DNA of 64,000 nucleotides from assembly GCA_965207885.1 (NCBI GenBank), contig OZ242311.1, positions 4,448,001-4,512,000 on the forward strand, in the 5' to 3' direction. This document shows positions 30,278-39,835 of the stretch, one piece after another. Source of the stretch: Candidatus Latescibacterota bacterium. Its GTDB lineage: Bacteria > Latescibacterota > UBA2968. The translations under genes and the position numbers were made by a program. Below the pieces are notes generated by a model, which ran no database searches, was not told the origin of the DNA, and saw only the letters and a list, made by a program, of their open reading frames with translations. Position 1 is the first letter of the stretch. Each line of letters starts with the position of its first letter.

Positions 30278-31214
30278 GGTAGTGTCTGAAAAGTCGTAAA
30301 GTATGTATTTTAGTTGCAGCATACGCCCTAAACCAAGGAGTATGATATGCAACGGAGATATGAACTGCGCGACGAGGCTTGGCATCTGATCCAAGACCTG
30401 TTCCCACCGCCGAAGAAGATGGGTCGTCCCCGTCGGGATGATCGTACATTATTCAACGGGATCTTCTGGATATTGTGTTCAGGTGCAGCTTGGCGCGACC
30501 TGCCAGAACGATATGGTCCTTGGCAGACAGCCTTTGACCGATTCTGCAAATGGAAACAGGATGGCACCTTTGATCGCATTGTAGAAAAGCTACATCTCAA
30601 ATTGGGTGAAGATGGTCTTTTAGATTATGCGACCTGGATGATGGATGCAACCCATATTCGAGCCACACAAGCCGCGGCAGGAGCGAAAAAAAAAGGGCAA
30701 AAAGGGTGAAGAAGAGCCCCCAGATCACGCTTTAGGACGCTCTCGTGGCGGTTTGACCACGAAAATCCATCTTCTTTGCGATGCAGTCGGGCATCCTTTA
30801 GCAGTGGATCTTCTCCCTGGTAACCAGTCAGAATCCACACAGGCTGAAAGGCTACTGTCAAAGGTATGCATACCCACCAAACGAGGGCGTCCAAGAAACC
30901 GACCCAAGTATCTGGTAGCTGATAAATCTTATGATGTCTCACGCATCAGAGTCTATCTACGCAAACGGGGTATCAAGGCTGCTATCCCAAACAAGGCGAT
31001 TCCCAAAGGCAGAAAACGGCGTAAGAGAGGACCACGGCCTAAGTGTGATAAAAGATTATATGCCAAACGCAATATCGTGGAGCGTCTCTTTGGTTGGCTT
31101 AAACACTGCCGACGGATTGTGACCCGATTTGAAAAAAAGGCGACTCATTTTCTCACTATGGTCAAGCTGGCCTGTATCAGACAACTCTTCAAAGCTTACT
31201 TTTCAGACACTACC
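30278..31214 (+). mobile_element. IS5-family insertion sequence, copy 2 (937 bp; ORF translations identical to copy 1)
   Basis: Same TIRs, TA duplication and length. Confidence 0.95.
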
Positions 31215-31217
31215 TAA
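30347..31217 (+). CDS. IS5-family transposase (two ORFs joined at an A9 run)
   Basis: Identical translations to copy 1. Confidence 0.9.
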
Positions 31218-31260
31218 TACCATATCCACAAGATACTATACTCCATTGTATAGTGTCAGC

Positions 31261-31297
31261 AAAAAACAAAAAGCTCTGGCAAAACACCAGAGCTTTT
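31261..31297 (-). terminator. Rho-independent terminator downstream of the giant gene
   Basis: AAAAGCTCTGG-7nt-CCAGAGCTTTT with a long U-tract on the minus strand. Confidence 0.8.
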
Positions 31298-31422
31298 CTG
31301 TTCCATTTGGAGAGCCACGGGTTTTCCACTTACCGATCTGCCAAATCCCTCTGCAAAAATCATGATCCATCGTTGCAAGTTCATTATATACTCCTGTTAT
31401 TTTTTACTTTTCACTACTGACT

Positions 31423-34400
31423 CTATTCTCCAAACAGGACGAGCGAAGTGCCCACGGCAGTCTGGATGCCAACGTAGTTCGCCGGTAATGAAGGTGCTGT
31501 TCCCAGACTAACGGTGGTCGATGTTGTCCCGCTCTGCGTCACTGTTATGGGTTCGCTTTGGATATTGCCCTTTGAAATTGTGACTTCTGTGATCGCATTG
31601 CCATCCCCATCGGTCAGTGTGCCGTCTGTTGCCGATAGCTCAACAGTCATATCAAACGGTGCACCCTGAGCAATACTGACCACAACAGTGGCGGGTCCCT
31701 GTGCTGTCAAGTCCGCATTGTCTATGCGTTTCAATTCCAGCGTGAGGGTGAAGGGCGCACCCGTATTATTAGATACATCCAGATTACCCAGATTGGACAA
31801 TCCATAGAACAAACTATCGGGAAGCGTACTCAACGTGTTGTTCTTAAGATTCAAGGTTCGCAGGTTGGACAAATCAGCGAACACCCTGTCGGGTAATTGG
31901 CTCAACTGATTGCGTTCAAGACGCAGGACTTGCAGACTGGTCAGACCAGAGAACACGTTATCTGGCAGTGCGCTCAACTGGTTTCTGTCAAGCTCTAACC
32001 TTTGCAGGTTGGTCAGATCAGAGAACACATTAGCGGGTAGCGCACTCAACTGGTTTCTGTCAAGATTCAGGGTTTGCAGACCGAACAGACCAGAGAAATC
32101 ATTTTCCTGTAAGGTAGTGATACTTTCATTGGTAAAACCAAGAGTTCCTGAGATATTTTCCAGGTGTGAGTCTGTGACCAGAGCACAGTCGGTAATCCCG
32201 GCTATCGCAGACAATATCTCGGTTTGAACAGCCGCTGTGCGGGTACATATCCCTGGCGCGATTTCGGTCATCCCTACTACAGTATCTGACCACCCACTTG
32301 TCCCTTCGTCATTCTCTGCTCTGACCTGTACATCGTAGCTTGTATCTTGACTTAGGCTGCTAATCGTATATTCAAGAGCACCATCACCACTCTCCCACGC
32401 ATCCTCTGCCACCGTCCAGTTGGCATCATCAGTCTCATCCTCACTTGTCAGAATATGACGCACATCATAAGCACTGATCGCTGGTCCTGTATTCGCCGGT
32501 GCTTCCCATTCCACCATCAGACTATTAAAGGTCGAGGATGCCACTGTCGGGGCATCAGGCACGCCGGGAGCCTCACCATCCACATCAGTCAGGGTCACTG
32601 TGAGCGTATCCCTCGCTGTCAAAGCTCGACCACCCGTGCCGCTTGTCGCAGACACGAACACGATATATTCATTATTGCCCGCTGCATTGGCTGGGTCGGT
32701 AACCGCCACATCAGCAGGTGCCTCATAGTTGGGGGCTACCTTGAACGTCAACACACCCGTAGATGCTCCAATGGAGAACTGTGCGCCATCTGCACCAGAC
32801 TCAATGCCATAACGCTCGATATCATCCCCCATATCATCATCCGTCGCACTCACAGTCACAAGCGCTGATGTGGTATTCTCATTCACAGTGATCGGTGAGA
32901 TAGATGTGATCACGGGGGCCACGTTGGTAGTAATTTTGATATCGTCTAATCGGAAAATCGTATCTCCAAAGTCCTCCGTTGTGGTGAATATGATTCCGTC
33001 TACATCTTCCCAGGTGGCATTGCTCCGCCCTAATCTGCTCAGGGGAATGCTAACCTGGTGCCACTGACTGTCCCATGAAGTTATGCCTATATTCTCTTCA
33101 TTGACGCGGTATCCCCTGTTCGAATCCATGTCGAAGCGGACTCTGAACTCGGTTCCTGGGGTATCGCCCCATACCCAGAATTCAAAGACATAGTCGCCAA
33201 CCAGGAAGGACAAGTCGAAGTTCGGGGTAAAATCGAACCTCACAATATCGCTCTTTTTGGCTCCTGACCAGTAAATGCTTTTGTTCCCCACGACCGCCTC
33301 TGTATCATCGTCGAACGTGAGCCATCCCCTGCTATAAAGTTTGCCGGAAATACCCTCTCCGAGGCTATTGAGGCCATCGGTATATATCTCAAAGCCAGCC
33401 TGCTTAGACACGGTCACCCATTCAAGCTGAGGGGGGACGTTCAGCCCGAGTGCCCCGACTATAGAGATATCGAGATTGTAGTCGAAGTGATCATCACCCT
33501 CATTTTCAAATATTTTGAAACCTCCTACGCCGTATTCCCAGAGCGTCCAGGCAATATTGTTGTCTTCCATATAAGTTCGCGCTTCTCGAATCCAGGCTGC
33601 GCGGTCATCTGGGGGGGCATATGGCCCATAGACGCCAAACTCGCCGCACCACACAGGCACGTTGCGATCCTCAGCAAAATCGACAGCGTTCTTGAGCCCA
33701 TTCTGCAATTTCTCTAACGTCCCCTTCGTGTGATAATCTTCAAGGATTTCGGGCACGGGGTCCGGCATGCGGCTGGCATCATACGGCCAGGGCACGCCCC
33801 TGAGATCCTTAAATCTGTCTATCCAGCCAGCCCCCTGGTGCGTAAACTCTCCAGGATTGTAGATATGAAATGTGTAGATAAGGTTATCGTCTGTATATTC
33901 CGGCAGCGTTCTGAGGGCGCCCGAATGGAATTTGCCACCTGTGACCACGATGGTGTGTGTGTTATCATGGGCGCGAATGGTGTCGATAACTGCCTGCTGA
34001 ATCGGATTCCAAATACTGGGTTGGATGTTTGGCTCGTTGAAGACTTCGTACAACACCAGCTTAGAGCGATTTTTATAGCGCTCGGCGATCTGAGGCCAGA
34101 CCTGGACGAGATATTCCCTGGTATCACTCCGGTTATTTTGGTCTGTTTCTTCCGCGGCTAGTTTATGGTTGGTGTGATTGTCGAGGATAATGTAGAGGCC
34201 GAGTTCCTCTGCCCAATCGACTATCTGGTCGAGATAGGTGAAAAAGAGAGGGTCTATGATGTGTGAGGGTCCCCCACTGGTCAGAGGAACAAAGGGCAGT
34301 CGCACAACGTCGCATCCAAGGGTCTTAACGTTCACAAACGTCTGCCGATCATAGGTTATGAAAGGATGCGTCCTGGGACGCTGCATAAACACAGTGAGAT

Positions 34401-37400
34401 TTACGCCGCGACTAAAAGGAGGGAGTCGCCGCTTCGGAGTGGCGGTCGCCTGGTTGGAGACGAGGCTGTTGCCCACGACATTCACAGCGCGGACCTCGAA
34501 GGTATATTCCGTGTCGAAGGTCAGATCCCCTACGGTGTAGGTCGTGGCCGTGCCCCCAGTGGTCGTCCAGTTCGGATCCCACGTTGTACCATCATCGTCG
34601 CTGGCGCGGTATTCGTAGCGCGTGATGGGTGAGCCTCCCTCGTCCGCAGGCGCGATCCAGGACAGTGTTACCAAAAAGCCAGAAGTGGCAATCAGGTCTG
34701 TGGGTGCGCCCGGGACGGTGACCAGTGTTGTCCCACTTACTGAGTCTGACCAATCACTTATGCCTTCATCACTTTCTGCTCGCACCTGCACTTCATAGCT
34801 TGTATTTGGACTTAAACTACCAATCGTGTAGGAAAGATCACCACCATCTGTCTCCCACGCATCCTCAACCACTATCCAGTTGGCATCATCTGTCTCATCC
34901 TCACTGGCCAGAATGTAGCGCACATCGTAAGCTGTGATTTCAGGGCCTGTGTTCTCTGGCGCATTCCATTCCACGGTCAGACTATTAAAGGTCGAAGATG
35001 CTACCGTCGGCACATCAGGTACACCGGGCACTTCTGTGTCTACATCAGTCACTGTCACCGTAATCGTCTGCGTCGCTGTCAGAACACGCGCATCTGCACC
35101 ACTCGTTGCTTCGACAATCACGATGTATTCATTATCACCCGCTCCACTGACAGGGGCTGTGCTGGCCACATCGGTAGGGGCCTCATAATTGGGTGCCACC
35201 TTGAACGTCAACACACCTGTTTGGTCATCAATCTCAAACTGTGATCCATCGGCACCTTCAACAATGCTATAACCCTCTACGTCATCATCGCTATCTGCAT
35301 CAGTCGCACTGACTGTGACAAGGGCACCTGTGCTATTCTCTGCCACGCTGATCGGCGAGATAGTAGCAATCACTGGGGTCACATTCGCACTTGTTGTCCC
35401 ACTCACTGAAGAAGACCAGTCACTCGTGCCTTCGTCACTTTCTGCTCTAACCTGTATATCATAGCTCGTATTCTGGCTCAAGCCGCCTATCAGATATTCG
35501 AGATTGCCATCACCACTCTTCCAGGCCTCTTCCTTCACGGCCCAGTTGGTATCATCTGTCTCATCCTCACTTGTCAGAATATGACGTACATCATAAGCAC
35601 TGATCGCTGGTCCCATGTTCGTAGGCGCTTCCCATTCCACGGTCAGACTATTAAAGGTCGAGGATGCCACTGTCGGGGCATCAGGCACACCAGGGGCCTC
35701 ATCCACATCACTCACTGTCACGGTCAGTGTATCTCTTACCATCAACTCACGCGCATCTGTCCCACTCTTCACCTCCACCACCACGATGTATTCATTATTC
35801 TCTCCTGCATTGTTGTTCGCCGAATTGGATATATCCTCAAACGCTACATCGGTAGGTGCCTCATAGTTGGGAGCCACCTTGAAACTCAACACACCCGTCT
35901 GATCATTGAGATCAAACTGTGCTCCATCACCAACTTCAACGATACCATACTCTATGATGCTATCATTCTCATCTGCATCTGTTGCACTGACTGTGACAAC
36001 ATCACCTGTGCTGTCCTCACTGAATGTAACCGCAGAGACACTCGTGAAGACAGGGGCGACATTAGCTTCGGTTGTCCCTGCTACAGTATCTGACCACCCA
36101 CTTGTTCCTTCATCATTCTTTGCACGCACCTGCACATCATAGCTTGTGTTCTGCACCAAACTGCCAATCGTGTATTCAAGATAGCCGCCATTAACACTCG
36201 TCCATACATCTTCGGTCACTACCCAGTTAGCATCTGCCTTATCCGTTGCACTACTGAGGATGTGGCGCACATCATACGCACTAATCTCAGGACCCGTGTT
36301 CGTCGGCGCTGTCCAACTCACCGTCAAGTTGTTAAACGTTGAAGCAGAGACTGTCGGTGTATCAGGCACTCCAGGAGCTTCGTTCACATCCTCTACAGTC
36401 ACCGTAAGCGTATCCCCTGCTGTCAACGCACGATCACCTGTCCCACTCGTCGCCTCAACAATCACAATGTATTCATTATTCTCTGCTGCATTGGCTGGAT
36501 CGGTAACAGCCACATCTACAGGATCTTCATAGTTCGGCGCTGTATTAAATGTCAATACACCACTCTGATCATCAATCTCAAACTGTGACCCATCTGCATC
36601 ATCAACAATGCCATAACTCTCAATGTCATCATCGGCATCCCTATCTGTTGCACTCACGGTAGCTATATCTGCTGTGCTGTTCTCATTCACACTGAACGCT
36701 GAGGCACTCGTGATGACGGGTGCCTCATTGGCCTGTGTCATCCCCACTACAGCATCAGACCAGTCACCAGTGCCCTCATCACTTTCTGCCCTAACCTGCA
36801 CATCATAGCTTGTATTCTGAGACAGTAAACTGATCGTATACTCAAGACTACCACCATCACTACTCTTCCAAGCATCTTCCTTCACGGTCCAGTTGGCATC
36901 ATCTGTCTCATCCTCACTTGTCAGAATATGACGCACATCATAAGCACTGATCGCTGGTCCCGTGTTCGTAGGCGCTTCCCATTCCACGGTCAGACTGTTA
37001 AAGGTCGAGGATGCCACTGTCGGGGCATCAGGCACACCAGGTGCTTCGTTCACATCACTCACTGTCACGGTCAGTGTATCTCTTACCATTAACTCACGAT
37101 CACCTGTCCCGCTCTTCACTTCCACCACCACGATATACTCATTGTTGCTTGCTGCATTGGATGGATCAGCTACCGCTACATCCTTAGGATCCTCATAGTT
37201 TGGATCCGCTTTGAACGTCAGTACACCACTTTGTTCAGTAAGCGCAAACTGCTCTCCATCTGCTGCATCAACAATCTCATACCCTGTAATACTATCATCG
37301 TCATCGGCATCACTCGCAGTGACTGTGACCAGTGCCCCCGTGCTGTTCTCTGCCACACTGATTGGAGAGATAGTGGCGATGACTGGCGCCACATTCGCTC

Positions 37401-39480
37401 TTGTTGTCCCACTCACCGAAGAAGACCAGTCACTGGTGCCTTCATCACTTTCTGCTCGCACTTGAATATCATAGCTTGTGTTCTGCTCCAGACTGCCAAT
37501 CGTATATTCAAGGTCATCACCATTATTACTCGTCCACACTTCCTCAACCACTGTCCAGTTGTCATCTGCCTTATCTGATGCATTGGTCAGAATGTAGCGG
37601 ATATCATACGCGCTTATATCAGGACCTGTGTTATCAGGCGCACTCCATTGCACCTTTAAGCTATTCACTGTTGCCTCTGCCACTGTTGGTGCATCAGGTG
37701 CTCCAGGGGCTTCGTTCACATCCTCCACAGTCACCGTAAGCGTATCTCTACCTGTCAACTCACGACCACCTGTCCCACTCTTCACCTCCACCACCACGAT
37801 GTATTCATTATTCTCTCCTGCATTGTTGTTCGTCGAATTGGATACATCCTTAAACGCTACATCGGCAGGTGCCTCATAGTTGGGAGCCACCTTGAAACTC
37901 AACACACCTGCAGCTTGAACAATCTCGAACTGTGATCCATCTGCACCTTCAACAATGTGATACCCTGTGATGTTGTCATCTGCACTGGCATCTGTCGCTG
38001 TGACTGTGACAATGTCCGCTGTGCTGTTCTCACTAAATGTAACCTCAGATAAACTCGTGAATACAGGAGGCGTATTATGGCCGGTAGTAGCTCGAATCGC
38101 TGGAGACCAATTACTTTTTCCGCCCTCAAAGACGGTTCTAACTTGAAACTCATAAGTCGTCGATCTCCCCAGGCCGACGACTGTATAAGACATATCAGAT
38201 CTGGTAAAATTGACGGGTATAATGGTATTATAGTCCTCATCAACCTTTCTATATTGGATCTCATAGCCAATAATAACATAATCATTCGCAGGTGGTGCTC
38301 TCCAGGTGATCTCAACAAAAACAGTCCCAATTGGTTTCACTCTTGCGAAGATAGGTTTATCCGGCGTGAGTGGATGTATAATATTTATAGTAACTTCAGC
38401 AGTAGCAACACCACCATTACTGTCATCTACAACGATGGTGAACGTGTAAACCTCTTTATTGAACACCGCACCTGCTTTCGTCTTAATATGACCGAACCAA
38501 TTAACCGTAAAATTGGAAGCATCATCACCCATTAAAGAATAATTCAACTTGTCATCATTGGGATCATAGGCTCTTACAGGCGGATCAATTTCCAGTATGA
38601 TAGACGGGTCTAAAGTAGATGGGTCTAAAGTAAAAGAGAGAACAACAGAATTTTTGGGAAACACCGGTGGCATATCCATATCTGTCACCGGCTCAACAGA
38701 GATATGAAAATAGGACATATAATACTGTTCGCCATCAACCACATCTATTTCTATCTTGAAAACGCCCACCTTCTCCGGGATTCCGACGACCGTCATCATG
38801 GTCTTACCCGTCGTAGAATCATAGTGAAAGTCATCCATACGTATGCCGCGTGGGAAATTTGCAATGCCCATCTGATCATAATGTGGCGTGCCACCAGATA
38901 CAGTAACAAGGACATCTGGCATGGCAGTACCAAATGCAAGTTTTAGAGTATCGGAGAGTGTTAAAATTCTACCAGACTCTTTTATGGCTATTTCTATGTG
39001 AACAGAAGACTCACCGTCAACTGCACCAGTTTGTTGATTTTTTACTAACTCTTGCCCTGATACGATATTTTTATCTCCCAAAACCTTCACAGGATGCGCT
39101 GAGATAGCGGTCGGCGTATGATTCACCACTTTGCCATAGTTTTTCGCAAAAATTAAAAAATCGGCAAAATCAACTGTCTCATTGCCATTGATGTCGTATT
39201 TTGCATTGTATTTTTCATCTTCATCCTGTGTCCCAAAGTGGTTGACAAACGCCCGAAAGTCATGTGAATCGACAATCCCATTTCTATCAAAATCTAAAGA
39301 AGATACGATCGCAGTTTGCAATTCTACATTTAGTATTTCACTGGCAACCTGTCCATTCCTGCCAGGTTCAGCACGCACCAACCGAATCAAAAAAAGAGGC
39401 CATGAGAAAATCAACAGAGTGATGAGTATGAGTGCAAAGATCAAGGCAGGTACTGAACACCTGTTAAGCAGCTTTGACAT
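31423..39480 (-). CDS. Giant (~2685 aa) surface protein: dockerin/EF-hand pair, alternating cadherin-FN3 repeats, GH5 glycoside hydrolase, CBM-like domain, LRRs
   Basis: AGGAGG RBS; signal peptide; NYEAP cadherin and W.AP..Y.VQVRA FN3 repeats; RGVNL..VRLP..LDNH..YEVFNEP..FHIY..GEFG..W (GH5); L.L..NQLS.LP..VF LRRs. Confidence 0.88.
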   Translation of the reverse strand: MSKLLNRCSVPALIFALILITLLIFSWPLFLIRLVRAEPGRNGQVASEILNVELQTAIVSSLDFDRNGIVDSHDFRAFVNHFGTQDEDEKYNAKYDINGNETVDFADFLIFAKNYGKVVNHTPTAISAHPVKVLGDKNIVSGQELVKNQQTGAVDGESSVHIEIAIKESGRILTLSDTLKLAFGTAMPDVLVTVSGGTPHYDQMGIANFPRGIRMDDFHYDSTTGKTMMTVVGIPEKVGVFKIEIDVVDGEQYYMSYFHISVEPVTDMDMPPVFPKNSVVLSFTLDPSTLDPSIILEIDPPVRAYDPNDDKLNYSLMGDDASNFTVNWFGHIKTKAGAVFNKEVYTFTIVVDDSNGGVATAEVTINIIHPLTPDKPIFARVKPIGTVFVEITWRAPPANDYVIIGYEIQYRKVDEDYNTIIPVNFTRSDMSYTVVGLGRSTTYEFQVRTVFEGGKSNWSPAIRATTGHNTPPVFTSLSEVTFSENSTADIVTVTATDASADDNITGYHIVEGADGSQFEIVQAAGVLSFKVAPNYEAPADVAFKDVSNSTNNNAGENNEYIVVVEVKSGTGGRELTGRDTLTVTVEDVNEAPGAPDAPTVAEATVNSLKVQWSAPDNTGPDISAYDIRYILTNASDKADDNWTVVEEVWTSNNGDDLEYTIGSLEQNTSYDIQVRAESDEGTSDWSSSVSGTTRANVAPVIATISPISVAENSTGALVTVTASDADDDDSITGYEIVDAADGEQFALTEQSGVLTFKADPNYEDPKDVAVADPSNAASNNEYIVVVEVKSGTGDRELMVRDTLTVTVSDVNEAPGVPDAPTVASSTFNSLTVEWEAPTNTGPAISAYDVRHILTSEDETDDANWTVKEDAWKSSDGGSLEYTISLLSQNTSYDVQVRAESDEGTGDWSDAVVGMTQANEAPVITSASAFSVNENSTADIATVSATDRDADDDIESYGIVDDADGSQFEIDDQSGVLTFNTAPNYEDPVDVAVTDPANAAENNEYIVIVEATSGTGDRALTAGDTLTVTVEDVNEAPGVPDTPTVSASTFNNLTVSWTAPTNTGPEISAYDVRHILSSATDKADANWVVTEDVWTSVNGGYLEYTIGSLVQNTSYDVQVRAKNDEGTSGWSDTVAGTTEANVAPVFTSVSAVTFSEDSTGDVVTVSATDADENDSIIEYGIVEVGDGAQFDLNDQTGVLSFKVAPNYEAPTDVAFEDISNSANNNAGENNEYIVVVEVKSGTDARELMVRDTLTVTVSDVDEAPGVPDAPTVASSTFNSLTVEWEAPTNMGPAISAYDVRHILTSEDETDDTNWAVKEEAWKSGDGNLEYLIGGLSQNTSYDIQVRAESDEGTSDWSSSVSGTTSANVTPVIATISPISVAENSTGALVTVSATDADSDDDVEGYSIVEGADGSQFEIDDQTGVLTFKVAPNYEAPTDVASTAPVSGAGDNEYIVIVEATSGADARVLTATQTITVTVTDVDTEVPGVPDVPTVASSTFNSLTVEWNAPENTGPEITAYDVRYILASEDETDDANWIVVEDAWETDGGDLSYTIGSLSPNTSYEVQVRAESDEGISDWSDSVSGTTLVTVPGAPTDLIATSGFLVTLSWIAPADEGGSPITRYEYRASDDDGTTWDPNWTTTGGTATTYTVGDLTFDTEYTFEVRAVNVVGNSLVSNQATATPKRRLPPFSRGVNLTVFMQRPRTHPFITYDRQTFVNVKTLGCDVVRLPFVPLTSGGPSHIIDPLFFTYLDQIVDWAEELGLYIILDNHTNHKLAAEETDQNNRSDTREYLVQVWPQIAERYKNRSKLVLYEVFNEPNIQPSIWNPIQQAVIDTIRAHDNTHTIVVTGGKFHSGALRTLPEYTDDNLIYTFHIYNPGEFTHQGAGWIDRFKDLRGVPWPYDASRMPDPVPEILEDYHTKGTLEKLQNGLKNAVDFAEDRNVPVWCGEFGVYGPYAPPDDRAAWIREARTYMEDNNIAWTLWEYGVGGFKIFENEGDDHFDYNLDISIVGALGLNVPPQLEWVTVSKQAGFEIYTDGLNSLGEGISGKLYSRGWLTFDDDTEAVVGNKSIYWSGAKKSDIVRFDFTPNFDLSFLVGDYVFEFWVWGDTPGTEFRVRFDMDSNRGYRVNEENIGITSWDSQWHQVSIPLSRLGRSNATWEDVDGIIFTTTEDFGDTIFRLDDIKITTNVAPVITSISPITVNENTTSALVTVSATDDDMGDDIERYGIESGADGAQFSIGASTGVLTFKVAPNYEAPADVAVTDPANAAGNNEYIVFVSATSGTGGRALTARDTLTVTLTDVDGEAPGVPDAPTVASSTFNSLMVEWEAPANTGPAISAYDVRHILTSEDETDDANWTVAEDAWESGDGALEYTISSLSQDTSYDVQVRAENDEGTSGWSDTVVGMTEIAPGICTRTAAVQTEILSAIAGITDCALVTDSHLENISGTLGFTNESITTLQENDFSGLFGLQTLNLDRNQLSALPANVFSDLTNLQRLELDRNQLSALPDNVFSGLTSLQVLRLERNQLSQLPDRVFADLSNLRTLNLKNNTLSTLPDSLFYGLSNLGNLDVSNNTGAPFTLTLELKRIDNADLTAQGPATVVVSIAQGAPFDMTVELSATDGTLTDGDGNAITEVTISKGNIQSEPITVTQSGTTSTTVSLGTAPSLPANYVGIQTAVGTSLVLFGE

Positions 39481-39521
39481 ATTACACCTCCTAAAGACAG
39501 ACACCATCCTATCTGTAGTGA

Positions 39522-39538
39522 TGCAATATGTGTGCCAA
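39522..39538 (-). promoter_or_regulatory. sigma54 (-24/-12) promoter of the giant gene
   Basis: TTGGCACACATATTGCA, exact TGGCAC-N5-TTGCA consensus. Confidence 0.9.
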
Positions 39539-39631
39539 CATGACTTTCTCTAAATCATTTTACACATAAAGTATTATTTTTATTTGAGATAAAAATTTAA
39601 AAACAAAAAAGAGCCAGACCGATTTTTATGC

Positions 39632-39748
39632 CATTAGACGATATATAGTCCAATGATATAATCAGACTGACTCGTAATTTTAGGTAATTTTACTTATTAT
39701 CAAAGCTTTAAGACAAATGGATTAAATATAGTCCCTGGACTATATTTA
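39632..39748. promoter_or_regulatory. Candidate enhancer (UAS) palindromes
   Basis: CATTAGAC-N8-GTCCAATG (39632-39655) and TAAATATAGTCC-CT-GGACTATATTTA (39723-39748). Confidence 0.6.
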
Positions 39749-39835
39749 GTCTTTATTATAGACATTTTTTACCTGTTTAGACCGATTTCATGTCTTTTAA
39801 GACGGCATAGCGTCAAAAAATAATCAAACTAATCC

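Noticed and set aside
32300-38050. Repeats as a CRISPR array or diversity-generating retroelement
   Set aside because: They are in-frame protein domain repeats; no spacers, cas genes or reverse transcriptase
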